NCBI GenBank assembly: GCA_902624195.1
Contig: CACNWV010000006.1
Coordinates: forward strand, 673 to 64,672
From: an uncultured Pelagibacteraceae bacterium
Lineage (GTDB): Bacteria > Pseudomonadota > Alphaproteobacteria > Pelagibacterales > Pelagibacteraceae
Reading direction: 5' to 3'
DNA: 64,000 nucleotides
The position numbers and the translations under genes were made by a program. The notes under the pieces are model-generated. The model searched no databases, was not told the origin of the DNA, and saw nothing but the letters and a program-made list of their open reading frames with translations. Shown piece by piece: positions 62,403-64,000 of this stretch (positions within the stretch are counted from its first letter, which is position 1; every line of letters starts with the position of its first letter).

Positions 62403-63845
62403 ATGAAAATCAATCCAAACGGATTTAGAGAGTATGACGCAAGATGGATATTTGAAAAAGACATCGATATCGAGGGAATCACTTGTTTAGGTAAAGGTTT
62501 AGGGACCCAAATAATAAATCATACAAATAAAAATAACCCTAGAGTTATCGTTGGTCATGATTATAGATCGTATAGCGAAAAAATTAAAGAAGCTCTCTCT
62601 CAAGGTTTAATTTCTACTGGATGCCAAGTTGAAGATGTGGGTTTATCTTTATCTCCAATGGTTTACTTCGCACAGTTTAATTTAATTTCTGATGCAATCG
62701 CAATGGTGACTGCTAGTCATAACGAGAATGGTTGGACAGGAGTAAAAATGGGTATCAAAAAAGGTTTAACACATGCCCCAGAAGAAATGTCTGAACTGAA
62801 AGATATAACTTTAAAAAACAAATTCAAAAATGGCAAAGGTAGTATAAAAAAAATTAAAAACTTTAAAAACATATATATTCAAGATTTAATTAAAAAAAAT
62901 AAAATTAATAAAAAAATTAAAGCCGTGGTTGCTTGTGGAAATGGAACAGCAGGAGTATTTGCTCCAGAAATCTTAAAAGGTATTGGTTGCGAGGTTATAG
63001 AGTTAGATTGTGAATTAGATTGGTCTTTTCCTAAATATAATCCAAATCCTGAAGATCTGGAAATGCTTCACGCAATAGCTAAAGCAGTCAAGGACAATGG
63101 CGCGGATATTGGTTTTGGTTTTGATGGAGATGGAGATAGATGCGGTGTCATTGATAATCAAGGAAATGAAATATATTCTGATAAAATAGGTTTACTAATA
63201 GCTAGAAACCTTTCAAAAACTTACAAAAATTCAAAGTTTGTTGTAGATGTTAAATCAACAGGTCTGTTTGAAAACGATAAAGAGCTAGTTGCTAATAATT
63301 GTAAAACAATTTATTGGAAAACAGGTCATTCACACATTAAAAGAAAAGTAAATAATGAAAAAGCACTTGCTGGTTTTGAAAAAAGTGGACACTTCTTTTT
63401 TAATAAACCTCTTGGGTATGGGTATGACGATGGAATAAATTCATCCATACAAGTATGCCATCTTTTAAATAATCAAAGTAAAAAGATGAGCGAGATTATA
63501 AAAGAACTACCATTAACTTATCAATCACCAACAATGGCGCCTTATTGCAAAGATGAAGAAAAATACGAAGTAGTAAAAAAAATGATTGACGAGATTCTTA
63601 AATTAAAAAATTCAGGTGCTAAAATTAATAACCAGACTATAACAGAAGTTTTAACAGTAAATGGAATTAGATTTTCGTTGGAGGACGGATCGTGGGGTTT
63701 GATAAGAGCTTCCTCGAATAAACCCTCATTAGTAGTTGTAACAGAAAGTACTTCATCTGATAAAAGTAAAAAGGATATATTTAAATTTATTGACAATCTT
63801 TTACAAAAAACTGGAAAAATTGGAGAATATGATCAAAAAATTTAG
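62403..63845 (+). CDS. Phosphomannomutase/phosphoglucomutase (alpha-D-phosphohexomutase)
   Basis: FREYD.R, TASHN, FDGDGDR, GFEKSGH, GLIRAS. Confidence 0.92.
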   Translation: MKINPNGFREYDARWIFEKDIDIEGITCLGKGLGTQIINHTNKNNPRVIVGHDYRSYSEKIKEALSQGLISTGCQVEDVGLSLSPMVYFAQFNLISDAIAMVTASHNENGWTGVKMGIKKGLTHAPEEMSELKDITLKNKFKNGKGSIKKIKNFKNIYIQDLIKKNKINKKIKAVVACGNGTAGVFAPEILKGIGCEVIELDCELDWSFPKYNPNPEDLEMLHAIAKAVKDNGADIGFGFDGDGDRCGVIDNQGNEIYSDKIGLLIARNLSKTYKNSKFVVDVKSTGLFENDKELVANNCKTIYWKTGHSHIKRKVNNEKALAGFEKSGHFFFNKPLGYGYDDGINSSIQVCHLLNNQSKKMSEIIKELPLTYQSPTMAPYCKDEEKYEVVKKMIDEILKLKNSGAKINNQTITEVLTVNGIRFSLEDGSWGLIRASSNKPSLVVVTESTSSDKSKKDIFKFIDNLLQKTGKIGEYDQKI

Positions 63846-64000
63846 AGTCTTATATATTCAAACAAAAATCTCGAACCAACAAATATTAAGAATATACCAA
63901 AGTATTTAGTAAGTTTTTTTTTATCCAATCTATGGCTTGTCTGAGCACCTAATCTAGCCATGTATGCTGTTATGGGAAAAAATATTAAAAAAACAGGTAT
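63842..64000 (-). CDS. C-terminal end of a membrane protein, probably a TauE/SafE (sulfite exporter) family member; 5' part outside the window
   Basis: Open frame IPVFLIFFPITAYMARLGAQTSHRLDKKKLTKYFGIFLIFVGSRFLFEYIRL* resembling the TauE A.LGA...H.L....L...F..FL pattern. Confidence 0.6.
   Translation of the reverse strand: MPVFLIFFPITAYMARLGAQTSHRLDKKKLTKYFGIFLIFVGSRFLFEYIRL

Noticed and set aside
29395-63796. Remaining short antisense or out-of-frame ORFs in the track (e.g. 29395-29652, 43997-44308, 47353-47652, 54790-55143, 58564-58782, 63542-63796)
   Set aside because: All are nested within or opposite well-supported genes and have no independent coding signal

Overview
A very AT-rich, extremely gene-dense bacterial chromosome segment. 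Gene content, gene order and the near absence of intergenic DNA point to a streamlined alphaproteobacterium of the SAR11/Pelagibacterales type (inferred, not searched). Positions 1-28.1 kb are one minus-strand core translation/transcription cluster: tRNA-Tyr, tRNA-Gly, tuf, tRNA-Trp, secE, nusG, rplKAJL, rpoBC, rpsLG, fusA, the S10 and spc genes, secY, adk, rpsMK and rpoA. This cluster has no rpmD and no tuf after fusA. The rest is mostly housekeeping: rlmB, tRNA-Thr, NAD kinase, tRNA-Leu, a GT9 glycosyltransferase, sfsA-map-purBCSQL-bolA-grxD, rpsD, trmJ, cimA, cysS, nadE, class II DAHP synthase, a beta-carbonic-anhydrase-like gene, glmS, an acetyltransferase-only half of GlmU, gph, zur/znuABC, nrdAB and a phosphohexomutase. 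A few accessory-looking genes are interspersed: two orphan SAM methyltransferases and a LysE-prpB-prpC-small membrane protein-homocysteine methyltransferase / proX-proW block. I see no mobile element, CRISPR array or defence system. The most notable observations are: (i) the possible betaine/DMSP-to-methionine plus methylcitrate cluster with actinobacterial-looking prpBC; (ii) the stand-alone GlmU acetyltransferase domain; (iii) an nrdAB promoter whose -10 box is bracketed by an alphaproteobacterial LexA box and followed by two NrdR boxes; (iv) tandem Zur boxes; (v) a structured rpsL leader in a cluster otherwise lacking room for leaders. All family assignments come from motif recognition by eye; no database searches were run.
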